Origin: an uncultured Alphaproteobacteria bacterium
GTDB lineage: Bacteria; Pseudomonadota; Alphaproteobacteria; HIMB59; GCA-002718135
Assembly (NCBI GenBank): GCA_902584805.1
Contig: CACIBE010000002.1
Coordinates: forward strand, 67,409-131,408
Direction of reading: 5' to 3'
Length of the DNA: 64,000 bases
Shown here piece by piece: positions 8,355 to 17,442 of this stretch. The first letter of the stretch is position 1. The number at the start of each line of letters is the position of its first letter. Made by a program: the position numbers and the translations under genes. The notes beneath the pieces are model-generated. The model was not told the origin of the DNA. It ran no database searches and saw only the letters and a program-made list of their open reading frames with translations.

Positions 8355-9863
8355 ATGAAAGTTAGAGTTTTATCGAGAAAAAGTGACTTGGCAATAATTC
8401 AAGCACGTGAATTTTCCGATTATTTGCAATCAAAACATCCTTTTGTAGAAATAGAATTTTTAACAAGAAGTACTTCAGGAGATAAAGATCTAAAAACACC
8501 TCTTTCTGAAATGCCAACAGAAGGTGTTTTTACGAATGATTTAAGAGATGAATTAATAAATAACAAATGTGATTTAATTGTCCATTCTTGGAAGGATCTT
8601 CCAATTGAAGTTGGTGATAAAACTAAAATAGCTGCAACATTAAAACGAGCCGACAAAAGAGATATATTATTCTTAAAAAAAAATAAAAAAATGGATAGTA
8701 AGAAAATTACTATTCTTTGTTCATCACCAAGAAGACAATATAATTTAAAAAATTTTATTGAAAATTATCTTCCACAAAGGTTTGATGAAGTTTGCTTTGA
8801 AAATATAAGAGGTAACATACCCACTAGATTTAAAAAATTTTTGGAAAATCCTGACAGTGATGGTTTTATTGTTGCTAAAGCAGCAATTGATAGATTACTT
8901 TTGAATAATTATTCTGAATTCAATGAATTAAAAATAACTCTAAAAAAATTTATTAACGAATGTCTATGGTCTGTTTTACCATTGTCTATAAACCCTTGTT
9001 CTCCTGGACAAGGAGCTCTAGCGATTGAAACAAGAATTAAAGATAATAAACTTAACGAAATTTTAAATGATATTAATTTTTCCAAAGATTATTCGAATGT
9101 TATTCAAGAAAGAAATATTTTAAAAAATTATGGAGGGGGATGTCACCAAAAAATAGGAGTATCTTATATCTCACATAAATTAGGATTAGTTGTATCTAAA
9201 AGAGGTGAAGATGAAAACGGCAATCATTTTGAGAGCTGGGATTTTATTGATCCAAAAGATATAAGTTTTTCTAGTAATACAACAGCTGAAATTTATCCTG
9301 AAAATTTAAAAAATTATAAAATATTTTCTAGAAAACAATTAAATAAAAATGTCGATGATATAAATAATTTACAAAATAAATGTATTTATGTTTCACGAAT
9401 TAGCTCAATCCCAGATAGGTCAAAAATCCAATCAAATAATGTTATTTGGACTAGCGGTTTAAGAACGTGGAAAAATTTATCTGAAAGAGGTATTTGGGTT
9501 AATGGAACTTCAGATGGTTTGGGTGAGGATTTTGATAAAGATATTAATTCACTTACAAATAATCCTTGGGTTAAGTTAACTCATTCTCAATCTCCTGAAA
9601 GTTGGATAAAAAATAAAATTGAAACGTATCAATTGGAGTCTATCGATTTTGAAATAGATATAGAAAAGAAAAAGTACTTTTATTGGATGAGCAGTTCAGC
9701 TTTTAAGGCGAGTATCGATAAATATCCTAAAATTATAGAAAAATATCATTTTTGTGGCCCAGGAAATACTTACAATGAGATTAGTAAAATATTAGGTAAT
9801 GATAAAAATCTTTTTGTTGAGCTATCTTATGATAGTTGGAAGAAAAAATTACTAAAAGCCTAA
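8355..9863 (+). CDS. hemC: Hydroxymethylbilane synthase (porphobilinogen deaminase) with a C-terminal uroporphyrinogen-III-synthase-like extension
   Basis: HemC motifs are SRKSDLAIIQA, GDKDL, HSWKDLP, RGNIPTRFKK, PGQGALAIE, and the cofactor Cys region GGGCHQKIGV. The ORF is 502 aa versus about 310 for a stand-alone HemC. The last ~170-200 aa contain HemD-like strings (VIWTSGLRTW, YFYWMSSSAF, FCGPGNTYNEI). Confidence 0.85.
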   Translation: MKVRVLSRKSDLAIIQAREFSDYLQSKHPFVEIEFLTRSTSGDKDLKTPLSEMPTEGVFTNDLRDELINNKCDLIVHSWKDLPIEVGDKTKIAATLKRADKRDILFLKKNKKMDSKKITILCSSPRRQYNLKNFIENYLPQRFDEVCFENIRGNIPTRFKKFLENPDSDGFIVAKAAIDRLLLNNYSEFNELKITLKKFINECLWSVLPLSINPCSPGQGALAIETRIKDNKLNEILNDINFSKDYSNVIQERNILKNYGGGCHQKIGVSYISHKLGLVVSKRGEDENGNHFESWDFIDPKDISFSSNTTAEIYPENLKNYKIFSRKQLNKNVDDINNLQNKCIYVSRISSIPDRSKIQSNNVIWTSGLRTWKNLSERGIWVNGTSDGLGEDFDKDINSLTNNPWVKLTHSQSPESWIKNKIETYQLESIDFEIDIEKKKYFYWMSSSAFKASIDKYPKIIEKYHFCGPGNTYNEISKILGNDKNLFVELSYDSWKKKLLKA

Positions 9864-9865
9864 AA

Positions 9866-10864
9866 ATGACAAATATTTTATTCGAAAATGCTCTCAAAAG
9901 AAATATTCAAAAAACACCACCCATTTGGTTCATGAGACAGGCTGGAAGGTACCATTCGCATTATCGCAAGCTCAAAGAAAAATATACTTTTGAAGAACTT
10001 TGTAAAACTCCAGATCTAGCGGCAGAAGTCGCTTTTGGTCCAATACAAGAGTTTGATTACGATATTGCAATTTTATTCAGTGATATTTTATTTATCTTGG
10101 AGGGACTTGGATTAGAATTAAAGTTTGACCCAGGACCGAAATTTAATTCTTATATAAATTCAGAAAACATTAATGATTATAGTAATATTGATCGTGGCAT
10201 TGAGCATATGCAATTTCAATTTGAAGCTATAAAAATAACAAAAGAGAAATTGCCAAATAATAAAAGTTTAATTGGATTTGTTGGTGGACCTTGGACATTA
10301 TCAAAATATGCATTTGGAAATAATAACTCTGATTTAATCGACACTAAAATGAATTTAAAATTTATTTCAAAAATTCTTTTACCCCTTCTAAAGAAAAATA
10401 TTCAATTACAATTAGATGCAGGTGTTGAACTTGTCATGATTTTTGATAGCTCTTTGTATGATTTAGATATAATAAATTTTTATGAAATTTATTCAAAAAT
10501 TTTGGAAGAAATTGCAATTTCTTTTCCAAATAAACTTGGCTATTATTCAAGAGGTAAGAGTTTAACAGATCTAAATTCTATCATCAGTTTTCCCTTTGCT
10601 GGTTTTGGCTATGATCATACAATAGATCTTAAATTTATGTTTGAAAATCAAAAACATGGATTTATTCAAGGAAATTTCAATGAACAATTAATGTTGAGTG
10701 AAACAGATACATTTCTTAATGATTTAAAAGATTTTATTGAAAAAATGAAATCAATTGAAAATCTTAATGGCTGGATTTGTGGCCTTGGACATGGAATTAA
10801 CAAAAATACTCCAGAAAAAAATGTTCATTTATTTATAGAAAATATCAGAAAAGAATTTAGCTAA
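9866..10864 (+). CDS. hemE: Uroporphyrinogen decarboxylase
   Basis: Signature PPIWFMRQAGRY near the N-terminus. The ATG at 9866 lies 2 nt after the hemC stop, so I prefer it to the overlapping track start at 9836. Confidence 0.9.
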   Translation: MTNILFENALKRNIQKTPPIWFMRQAGRYHSHYRKLKEKYTFEELCKTPDLAAEVAFGPIQEFDYDIAILFSDILFILEGLGLELKFDPGPKFNSYINSENINDYSNIDRGIEHMQFQFEAIKITKEKLPNNKSLIGFVGGPWTLSKYAFGNNNSDLIDTKMNLKFISKILLPLLKKNIQLQLDAGVELVMIFDSSLYDLDIINFYEIYSKILEEIAISFPNKLGYYSRGKSLTDLNSIISFPFAGFGYDHTIDLKFMFENQKHGFIQGNFNEQLMLSETDTFLNDLKDFIEKMKSIENLNGWICGLGHGINKNTPEKNVHLFIENIRKEFS

Positions 10865-10869
10865 TAGAT

Positions 10870-11895
10870 ATGGTTAAATATATAGGTGAAAAAGATTATG
10901 AGCACGGGAGTAAAGAAAAAATTGGTGTTTTAATTACTAACCTAGGCACTCCAGATGCTCCAAATAAAAAAGAACTAAAAGTTTATCTTAATCAATTTTT
11001 GTCAGACCCTAGAGTAATCGAATTACCTAAAATCTTATGGCAAATTATATTGAAGCTAGTAATTTTACAAATAAGACCATCAAAGTCAGCAGAAGCATAT
11101 AAACAAATTTGGACTGATAAGGGTTCTCCACTTTTAGATATCGCAAACAGACAACTAAATAAAATCCAATCATCTTTTTCTTCAAAAAATGAAAATATAG
11201 TTTTTGAAGTTGGGATGCGTTATGGCAATCCATCTATTCCAGATGCTTTGTTAAAACTTCAAAAAAAACAAGTAAGAAGATTATTAGTTCTACCTATGTA
11301 TCCGCAATATTGTGCTGCAACAACAGGTAGTACATTTGATGAAGTAACAAATGTTTTACAAAAATGGCGTTGGATACCTGAAATGCGTTTTATCAATCAG
11401 TACTTTGAAGAAAAAAATTATATTGAAGCATTGTCAAATTCAATAAAGTCATTTTGGAAAAAAACTTCAAAACCACAAAAAATTATTTTTAGTTATCATG
11501 GTATACCAAAACGGTATTTGACTAATGGTGATCCGTATCATTGCTTTTGTCTTAAAACCACAAGACTTGTTAAAGAACATATGGGATTATCCGATGATGA
11601 GATAATGACTACTTTCCAAAGTAGATTTGGAAGAGAGGAATGGTTAAAGCCATATACAAGTGAAACATTAAAAGAATTACCAAAACAAGGGATTAAAAAT
11701 ATACATATAATATCTCCTGGTTTCAGTAGTGATTGTCTTGAAACACTGGAAGAACTTGAAGAAGAAAATAAAGAATATTTTATGGAGTCAGGTGGAGAAA
11801 ATTATCATTATATACCTTGCTTGAATGATCACGATGATCACATAGACGTTTTTGTAAATCTGATAAAAAAACATACTCAAGGTTGGCCATTATGA
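10870..11895 (+). CDS. hemH: Ferrochelatase
   Basis: GVLITNLGTPDAP, LPMYPQYCAATTGS, FSYHGIP, PGFSSDCLETLEE. Length is typical at 341 aa. Confidence 0.9.
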   Translation: MVKYIGEKDYEHGSKEKIGVLITNLGTPDAPNKKELKVYLNQFLSDPRVIELPKILWQIILKLVILQIRPSKSAEAYKQIWTDKGSPLLDIANRQLNKIQSSFSSKNENIVFEVGMRYGNPSIPDALLKLQKKQVRRLLVLPMYPQYCAATTGSTFDEVTNVLQKWRWIPEMRFINQYFEEKNYIEALSNSIKSFWKKTSKPQKIIFSYHGIPKRYLTNGDPYHCFCLKTTRLVKEHMGLSDDEIMTTFQSRFGREEWLKPYTSETLKELPKQGIKNIHIISPGFSSDCLETLEELEEENKEYFMESGGENYHYIPCLNDHDDHIDVFVNLIKKHTQGWPL

Positions 11896-12701
11896 TTGCA
11901 GATCCCAAATTTAATACTGCAAAACAATGGTTTGAAAAATTACGAGATAACTTAGTTGAAACTATTCAAAACATTGATGAAAATCAATTTGAAATAAGTA
12001 ACTGGGATCACAAAGGTGATGGTGGTGGTAAAATGAGTAAAATTAAGGGGAATATTATTGAAAAAGGTGGAGTAAATATTTCTACCGTATCTGGGACATT
12101 TAACGAAAATATGAGAGATACTATTCCGGGTGCTAAAGAAGATCCAAATTATAATGCAACCGGCATCAGTGTTGTATTACATCCTGTTTCACCTAAAATT
12201 CCTTCTATGCATTTTAATACAAGATTTATTAAGACCACTCAGGAATGGTTTGGTGGAGGCATGGATATTACACCTTGTGTAATATTTGAGGATGAGAAAA
12301 AATATCATCGTGGTTTAGAAGTTTTGTGTAATAAATATGATAAATCATATTATCCTAAATTTAAAAAATGGTGTGATGACTATTTTTTTCTTAAACATAG
12401 AAACGAACCAAGAGGTGTTGGAGGAATATTTTTTGATTACCTTCAAACTGGCGATTGGGGAAAAGATTTTGAATTTGTTCAAGGCGTAGGTACTTATTTT
12501 CATCAGTTTATCAAAAATACTTTAATTGCACTTAAGGATGAGGAGTGGAATGAAGAGGAAAAAAAGATACAATTAGTTAAGCGTAGTCGCTATGCTGAAT
12601 TTAACTTATTATATGATAGAGGTACAAAATTTGGTCTAGAGACTGGTGGGAATGTTGATGCTATATTAATGTCAATGCCTCCTCACGCGGTATGGGAATA
12701 A
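11892..12701 (+). CDS. hemF: Oxygen-dependent coproporphyrinogen-III oxidase
   Basis: GGGKMSKIKG, EKGGVNIS, HPxSPxIPSMHFNTRF, WFGGGMDITP, RGVGGIFFDY. The ATG at 11892 forms an ATGA overlap with the hemH stop. The track start at 11883 is a TTG. Confidence 0.9.
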   Translation: MIADPKFNTAKQWFEKLRDNLVETIQNIDENQFEISNWDHKGDGGGKMSKIKGNIIEKGGVNISTVSGTFNENMRDTIPGAKEDPNYNATGISVVLHPVSPKIPSMHFNTRFIKTTQEWFGGGMDITPCVIFEDEKKYHRGLEVLCNKYDKSYYPKFKKWCDDYFFLKHRNEPRGVGGIFFDYLQTGDWGKDFEFVQGVGTYFHQFIKNTLIALKDEEWNEEEKKIQLVKRSRYAEFNLLYDRGTKFGLETGGNVDAILMSMPPHAVWE

Positions 12702-12704
12702 ATA

Positions 12705-13124
12705 ATGTTATTTAATACTCTGAAAGTTATTCATATTTTTAGTATCATAGCTTGGATGGCTGGACTTTTATATCTGCCACGTTTGTTTGTAAATCATGCT
12801 AATCCTGAAATCACAAAAGAAACCTCAGAAACATTCAAACTAATGGAAGGAAAATTGTACAGAATAATTATGTTTCCAGCTTTTATAGTGACGTGGATAT
12901 CAGGTTTTACACTTACACATTATGTGGGTATTGATACTTGGTTGCTTTTAAAAATTTTATTTGTAATTTTATTATCTGGCTATCATTTTTTTTGTTTAAA
13001 ATGTCTTAATGATTTTAAAAATGATAAAAACAAATACTCTACTAAGTTTTTTAGAATTACAAATGAAGCGCCAGCAGTAATATTGATTTTTATACTTATA
13101 CTTGTTGTATTTCAGCCTTTTTAA
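12705..13124 (+). CDS. hemJ: HemJ-type protoporphyrinogen IX oxidase (UPF0093/CopD-like membrane protein)
   Basis: LKVIHIFSIIAWMAGLLYLPRLFVNH is the characteristic HemJ N-terminus. 139 aa, 4 TM helices, terminal gene of the heme operon. Confidence 0.8.
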   Translation: MLFNTLKVIHIFSIIAWMAGLLYLPRLFVNHANPEITKETSETFKLMEGKLYRIIMFPAFIVTWISGFTLTHYVGIDTWLLLKILFVILLSGYHFFCLKCLNDFKNDKNKYSTKFFRITNEAPAVILIFILILVVFQPF

Positions 13125-13127
13125 TTA

Positions 13128-13778
13128 CTACTTTTTTGTTTTAATAGGCGTTTTTCTCTTTGGATTACAAACCTTGCATATTTCACACTCCAAACCATAA
13201 CAACTTCTTGCCTGACAAAATTCTCTTCCATAAAATATTATTTGTAAATGAAGTTTGTTCCAAGATTTTTTTGGAAAAAGATATTTTAAATCTTTTTCTG
13301 TTTGGACAACATTTTTACCATTTGTTAAACCCCAACGTTGAGCTAAACGATGAATGTGTGTATCAACTGGAAATGCTGGATGACCAAATCCTTGAGACAT
13401 AACAACACTGGCTGTTTTGTGACCAACACCTGGCAAGTTTTCTAATTCTTCAAAACTTTCTGGAACATTGCCTTTAAATTTTTTTACAAGAATTCTTGAT
13501 AGTTCAAAAATTGCTTTTGATTTTTGAGGTGCCAAACCACAAGGGCGAATAATATTATAAATTGTTTTTTTTGGCACTTTTGTCATTTTTATAGCTGTGT
13601 TAGCTTTTTTAAATAGTATTGGCGTAACTTGATTAACTCTTTCATCTGTACATTGAGCACTAAGAAGTACGGCTACAACTAATTCAAATTTATTTTTGTG
13701 GTTAAGAGGAATAGGTACTTTTCTATATATACGATTTAGTATTCTAGAGATCTCTTGTGCCTTCTCTATTTTTTTCAC
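13128..13778 (-). CDS. nth: Endonuclease III (DNA-(apurinic/apyrimidinic site) lyase)
   Basis: HhH-GPD motif LPGVGHKTASVV, VDTHIHR, and a C-terminal Cys cluster (CQARSCYGLECEICKVC) for the [4Fe-4S] loop. Confidence 0.9.
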   Translation of the reverse strand: MKKIEKAQEISRILNRIYRKVPIPLNHKNKFELVVAVLLSAQCTDERVNQVTPILFKKANTAIKMTKVPKKTIYNIIRPCGLAPQKSKAIFELSRILVKKFKGNVPESFEELENLPGVGHKTASVVMSQGFGHPAFPVDTHIHRLAQRWGLTNGKNVVQTEKDLKYLFPKKSWNKLHLQIIFYGREFCQARSCYGLECEICKVCNPKRKTPIKTKK

Positions 13779-13809
13779 TATATCAAGCCTCCTCCAAGGG
13801 TATGTCTAA

Positions 13810-13859
13810 ATTAATACTAATAATTATGACAAAATATAGCACTTATTAATACTAATAAT
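13810..13859. promoter_or_regulatory. Two exact 15-bp direct repeats (ATTAATACTAATAAT), 35 bp apart, in the nth / ABC-transporter divergent spacer
   Basis: 13810-13824 and 13845-13859 are identical. Both lie upstream of the substrate-binding-protein start. This is a candidate operator or UP-like element. Confidence 0.35.
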
Positions 13860-13919
13860 ATTGAATATTTCCATTTAAGTTGTATGGGTCTACCATCAAA
13901 TTTCTATGGAGGAAATAAT

Positions 13920-15494
13920 ATGAAAAAGACTTTAAGCATTGTTTTGTCTTTGCTTTTCATGGGTATTTTCTCACCAGCATTTGCAAACACTATTAAATGG
14001 TCAATGCCTGGTGACTCTTTAACTCTTGATCCGCATGCACAAAACGAAGGACCAACTCACATGGTTTCGCGTCAAGTATATGAAGGTTTAGTAACTCCAG
14101 GTATTAATATGGAAATACTTCCTCAACTTGCTGAGTCATGGAAAACAACTGCTGATGACACTTGGATATTTACAATTCGTAAGGGTGTAAAATTTCATGA
14201 TGGATCAGATTTAACAGCTAGTGATATTGCTTTTAGTATCAATAGAGCAAAAACTGCTCCATCTGATATGGTAGATTTAATTAAAAGCATTAAATCAGCA
14301 TCAGCATTAACTGATCACACAGTTCAGATTGTAACAGATGGACCAAATCCAATTCTTTTAAATCAATTAACTCAGATATTTGTTATGTCTGAAGATTGGG
14401 CAAAAGCAAATGGTTGTGAAGTTTCATACAACTGGGATGCAGGTGAAACATCTTATTGTGCTTCTAATGCAAATGGAACTGGACCTTTCAAAATTACTTT
14501 TAGAGAACAGGACGTAAGAACTGTTTTTGAAAAAAATAATGATTGGTGGGGTGATGATAGTACTTTCAATGTAGATACTATTGAATTACTTCCTATTGCA
14601 AATGATGCAACAAGAGTTGCAGCACTTCTATCTGGAGAAATTGACTACACAAACGTTGTTCCTGTTCAAGATATTGAGAGAATCAAATCTTCTGCTGGAC
14701 ATGGTGTAAAAATGACTCCTCAAAATAGAACAATATTTTTTGGAATGGATCAAGGTTCTTCTGAATTAAATTCATCTAATATCAAAGGTAAAAATCCTTT
14801 TGCAGATAAAAGAGTTCGTTTAGCGATGTACCATGCTTTAGATATGGAAGCTATTAAGGATAAGGTAATGAGAGGACAAAGTGTTCCTGCAGGAATTATC
14901 ACTGCTCCTGGTGTAAATGGTCATACAGCTGCACGTGATGAAAGATTACCTTATGATCCAGAGCTATCAAAAAAACTATTAGCAGAAGCTGGTTATCCAG
15001 ATGGATTTGAAGTTACACTAGATTGTCCAAATGATCGTTACATAAACGATGAAGCAATCTGTGTTGCTGCAATTGGTATGTTTGCTAAAATTGGAGTTGA
15101 TGTAACTCTTGATGCAAAAACTAAAAGTCAACACTTCTCAGAAGTTAAAGAAGGTGACGCAAACGGTATGACAAGTGACATGTACATGTTAGGTTGGGGT
15201 GTTCCAACTTTTGATAGTCATTACGTATACTCGTACTTATTTGATAGTGCTGGTAGCTGGAATAAAGTTAATTTCAGTAATGCTAGAGTTGATGAGTTAG
15301 TAGCTGCAATGGGTGTTGAAACAGATCAAGATAAAAGAAATGCTATGATTGCTGAAGCTTGGGATATTACTCAAGATGATGTAACATATCTTCCTTTACA
15401 TCACCAAGTTGTCAACCAAGCATCAAAAAGTAATGTCGATGTTCCAATTAGAATGAACAACGAGCCATTATTTAGATTTGCAAACGTAAACTAA
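13920..15494 (+). CDS. ABC transporter substrate-binding protein, family 5 (peptide/opine/nickel type, DppA/OppA-like)
   Basis: Signal peptide MKKTLSIVLSLLFMGIFSPAFA from the ATG at 13920. SBP_bac_5-like strings (LDPH, GLV, W.FTIRKGVKFHDG, GTGPFK). It precedes two permeases and a double ATPase. The sequence is noticeably less AT-rich than its neighbours, consistent with high expression. Confidence 0.85.
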   Translation: MKKTLSIVLSLLFMGIFSPAFANTIKWSMPGDSLTLDPHAQNEGPTHMVSRQVYEGLVTPGINMEILPQLAESWKTTADDTWIFTIRKGVKFHDGSDLTASDIAFSINRAKTAPSDMVDLIKSIKSASALTDHTVQIVTDGPNPILLNQLTQIFVMSEDWAKANGCEVSYNWDAGETSYCASNANGTGPFKITFREQDVRTVFEKNNDWWGDDSTFNVDTIELLPIANDATRVAALLSGEIDYTNVVPVQDIERIKSSAGHGVKMTPQNRTIFFGMDQGSSELNSSNIKGKNPFADKRVRLAMYHALDMEAIKDKVMRGQSVPAGIITAPGVNGHTAARDERLPYDPELSKKLLAEAGYPDGFEVTLDCPNDRYINDEAICVAAIGMFAKIGVDVTLDAKTKSQHFSEVKEGDANGMTSDMYMLGWGVPTFDSHYVYSYLFDSAGSWNKVNFSNARVDELVAAMGVETDQDKRNAMIAEAWDITQDDVTYLPLHHQVVNQASKSNVDVPIRMNNEPLFRFANVN

Positions 15495-15506
15495 TAATTT
15501 TTATAT

Positions 15507-15532
15507 TTTCTGGCCAGTAATCTGGCCAGAAA
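15507..15532 (+). promoter_or_regulatory. Perfect 11-bp stem / 4-nt loop hairpin between the SBP gene and the first permease gene
   Basis: TTTCTGGCCAG-TAAT-CTGGCCAGAAA, with every position Watson-Crick paired. The GC-rich core sits in AT-rich DNA. No downstream U-run, so this is not a canonical intrinsic terminator. Confidence 0.6.
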
Positions 15533-15539
15533 TTAAACC

Positions 15540-16517
15540 ATGTTTAACTATTTCTTTAAAAGACTCTTTCAATCTATTCTTGTAATGATTGTTGTAGCTT
15601 TTGTTTCATTTTCCTTATTTAATTTTGTTGGTGATCCAGTAAATAGTATGACTGGAGAAGATGCTTCAGATGAAAGACGTGCTGAGGTTAGAGAAGTATT
15701 GGGTTTAAATGATCCTGTTTACGTTCAATTTTCACGTTTTATAGGAAATGTAATTCAAGGTGATTTTGGAATATCATACCAATTAAAAAGAGAAGTTTCA
15801 GACTTAATTGCAGAAAGAATGCCTGCAACTTTAGAATTAGTTTTCGTCTCCGCTTTAATTGCAATCATTAGCGGTGTTATCTTGGGTGTATATACTGGTA
15901 TTTACAGAGACAGTTTTATTTCTAATATTATTCTTGTGATTTCTCTAGCAGGGGTTTCATTACCTACATTCATTATAGGAATAATGTTAATTTATTTGTT
16001 TTCAGTAATTTTAGGAGTTCTTCCATCCTTTGGAAGAGGTGAAGTAACACAATTAGGTTTTTGGAGTACAGGATTTTTAACTATTTCTGGTTTAAAAGCA
16101 CTGATACTCCCATCAGTTACGTTAAGTTTATTTCAAATGACCTATGTTATTAGATTAGTCCGCGCTGAAATGATGGAAATTTTACAAACAGATTATATTA
16201 AATTTGCAAAAGCAAGAGGTATAAAAAGGAGTGTTATTAATTATAAGCATGCGCTAAAAAATGGATTAATTCCAGTTATTACTATTACAGGTATTAACAT
16301 TGGAACGTTAATTGCTTTTTCAATTATTACAGAAACAGTTTTTCAATGGCCAGGCATGGGGTCATTATTTATCAAAGCAGTATACTTTGTCGATATTCCA
16401 ATTATGTCAGCATACATGATTATGGTAGCTTTTATATTTGTTATGATAAATTTTATTGTAGATATCACATACTATTTTATTGATCCTAGAATTAGGCTGA
16501 AGGAAGAGGGTAGTTAA
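15540..16517 (+). CDS. ABC transporter permease (DppB/OppB-like)
   Basis: 325 aa, 6 TM helices, N-terminal FxKRLxQSIxV motif, and the EAA-loop region YIKFAKARGIKRSVINYKHALKN. Confidence 0.85.
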   Translation: MFNYFFKRLFQSILVMIVVAFVSFSLFNFVGDPVNSMTGEDASDERRAEVREVLGLNDPVYVQFSRFIGNVIQGDFGISYQLKREVSDLIAERMPATLELVFVSALIAIISGVILGVYTGIYRDSFISNIILVISLAGVSLPTFIIGIMLIYLFSVILGVLPSFGRGEVTQLGFWSTGFLTISGLKALILPSVTLSLFQMTYVIRLVRAEMMEILQTDYIKFAKARGIKRSVINYKHALKNGLIPVITITGINIGTLIAFSIITETVFQWPGMGSLFIKAVYFVDIPIMSAYMIMVAFIFVMINFIVDITYYFIDPRIRLKEEGS

Positions 16518-16518
16518 A

Positions 16519-17442
16519 ATGCTACTTAAAACGTACAATAAAATATACGATACTGATATTGGATACAGTTTCTTTAATTCTAAATTAGCAGTAATTTCTT
16601 CAGCAATATTTTTTATTATACTTTTTTGTTCTGTATTTGCTGGGATAGTTGCACCTTATAATCCTTTTGATCCAGCATCAGTTTCTTTAATGGATGCCTT
16701 TACCCCACCAGTATGGTCGGAGGGAGGAAGTTTTAGCTTCATATTAGGAACTGATCAGCAAGGAAGAGATATGTTTTCAACAATGATTTATGGTTCAAGA
16801 ATTTCACTGATCGTTGGTTTTGCATCTATAATTTTTGCAATGATACTTGGAGTTTTTCTTGGAATAACAGCTGGATATATTGGTGGTAGGTATGAGATTA
16901 TTGTAATGCGCCTTACAGATGTACAGTTAACTATTCCAAGTATTTTAATGGCTTTACTTGTTGATGGTATTGCAAGGGCAATTATCTCACAATCAATGCA
17001 TGACGAAATGGCAATTTATGTTTTGATTTTCGCCATTGGTATTTCAGAATGGCCACAGTTTGCAAGAGTATCGAGAGCATCAACCTTAGTTGAAAAAAAT
17101 AAAGAGTATGTCTCAGCTTCAAGAATTATTGGATTATCAAATATATTAATTATGTTTAAGCATATTTTACCAAATATACTTCGGCCTATATTAGTAATTG
17201 CTACAATCGGATTAGCACTTGCAATTATTACAGAGTCCACCTTAAGTTTTTTAGGTGTTGGCGTTCCACCAACAACACCTTCTCTTGGGACTCTAATAAG
17301 GTTTGGAAATAATTTTTTATTTTCAGGAGAGTGGTGGATTACTTTTTTTCCAGCAATTTTCTTAATTGTTTTAGCATTATCAATTAATTTATTAGGGGAT
17401 TGGATGAGAGATGCTTTAAATCCAAAATTAAAAAAGAGATGA
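16519..17442 (+). CDS. ABC transporter permease (DppC/OppC-like)
   Basis: 307 aa. LGTDQQGRDMFS motif and EAA-loop region YVSASRIIGLSNILIMFKHILPN. Confidence 0.85.
   Translation: MLLKTYNKIYDTDIGYSFFNSKLAVISSAIFFIILFCSVFAGIVAPYNPFDPASVSLMDAFTPPVWSEGGSFSFILGTDQQGRDMFSTMIYGSRISLIVGFASIIFAMILGVFLGITAGYIGGRYEIIVMRLTDVQLTIPSILMALLVDGIARAIISQSMHDEMAIYVLIFAIGISEWPQFARVSRASTLVEKNKEYVSASRIIGLSNILIMFKHILPNILRPILVIATIGLALAIITESTLSFLGVGVPPTTPSLGTLIRFGNNFLFSGEWWITFFPAIFLIVLALSINLLGDWMRDALNPKLKKR

Noticed and set aside
9836-9865. Track-proposed upstream starts that overlap the preceding gene (hemE 9836, ATPase 17400, SBP 13884, TPR 23672, DUF465 47320, rpsU 45847, tgt 58000, hemF 11883)
   Set aside because: In each case an internal ATG gives a canonical family N-terminus or signal peptide, together with an ATGA/TAATG junction or a short gap to the upstream gene. 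The extensions add non-conserved residues or use TTG/GTG codons.
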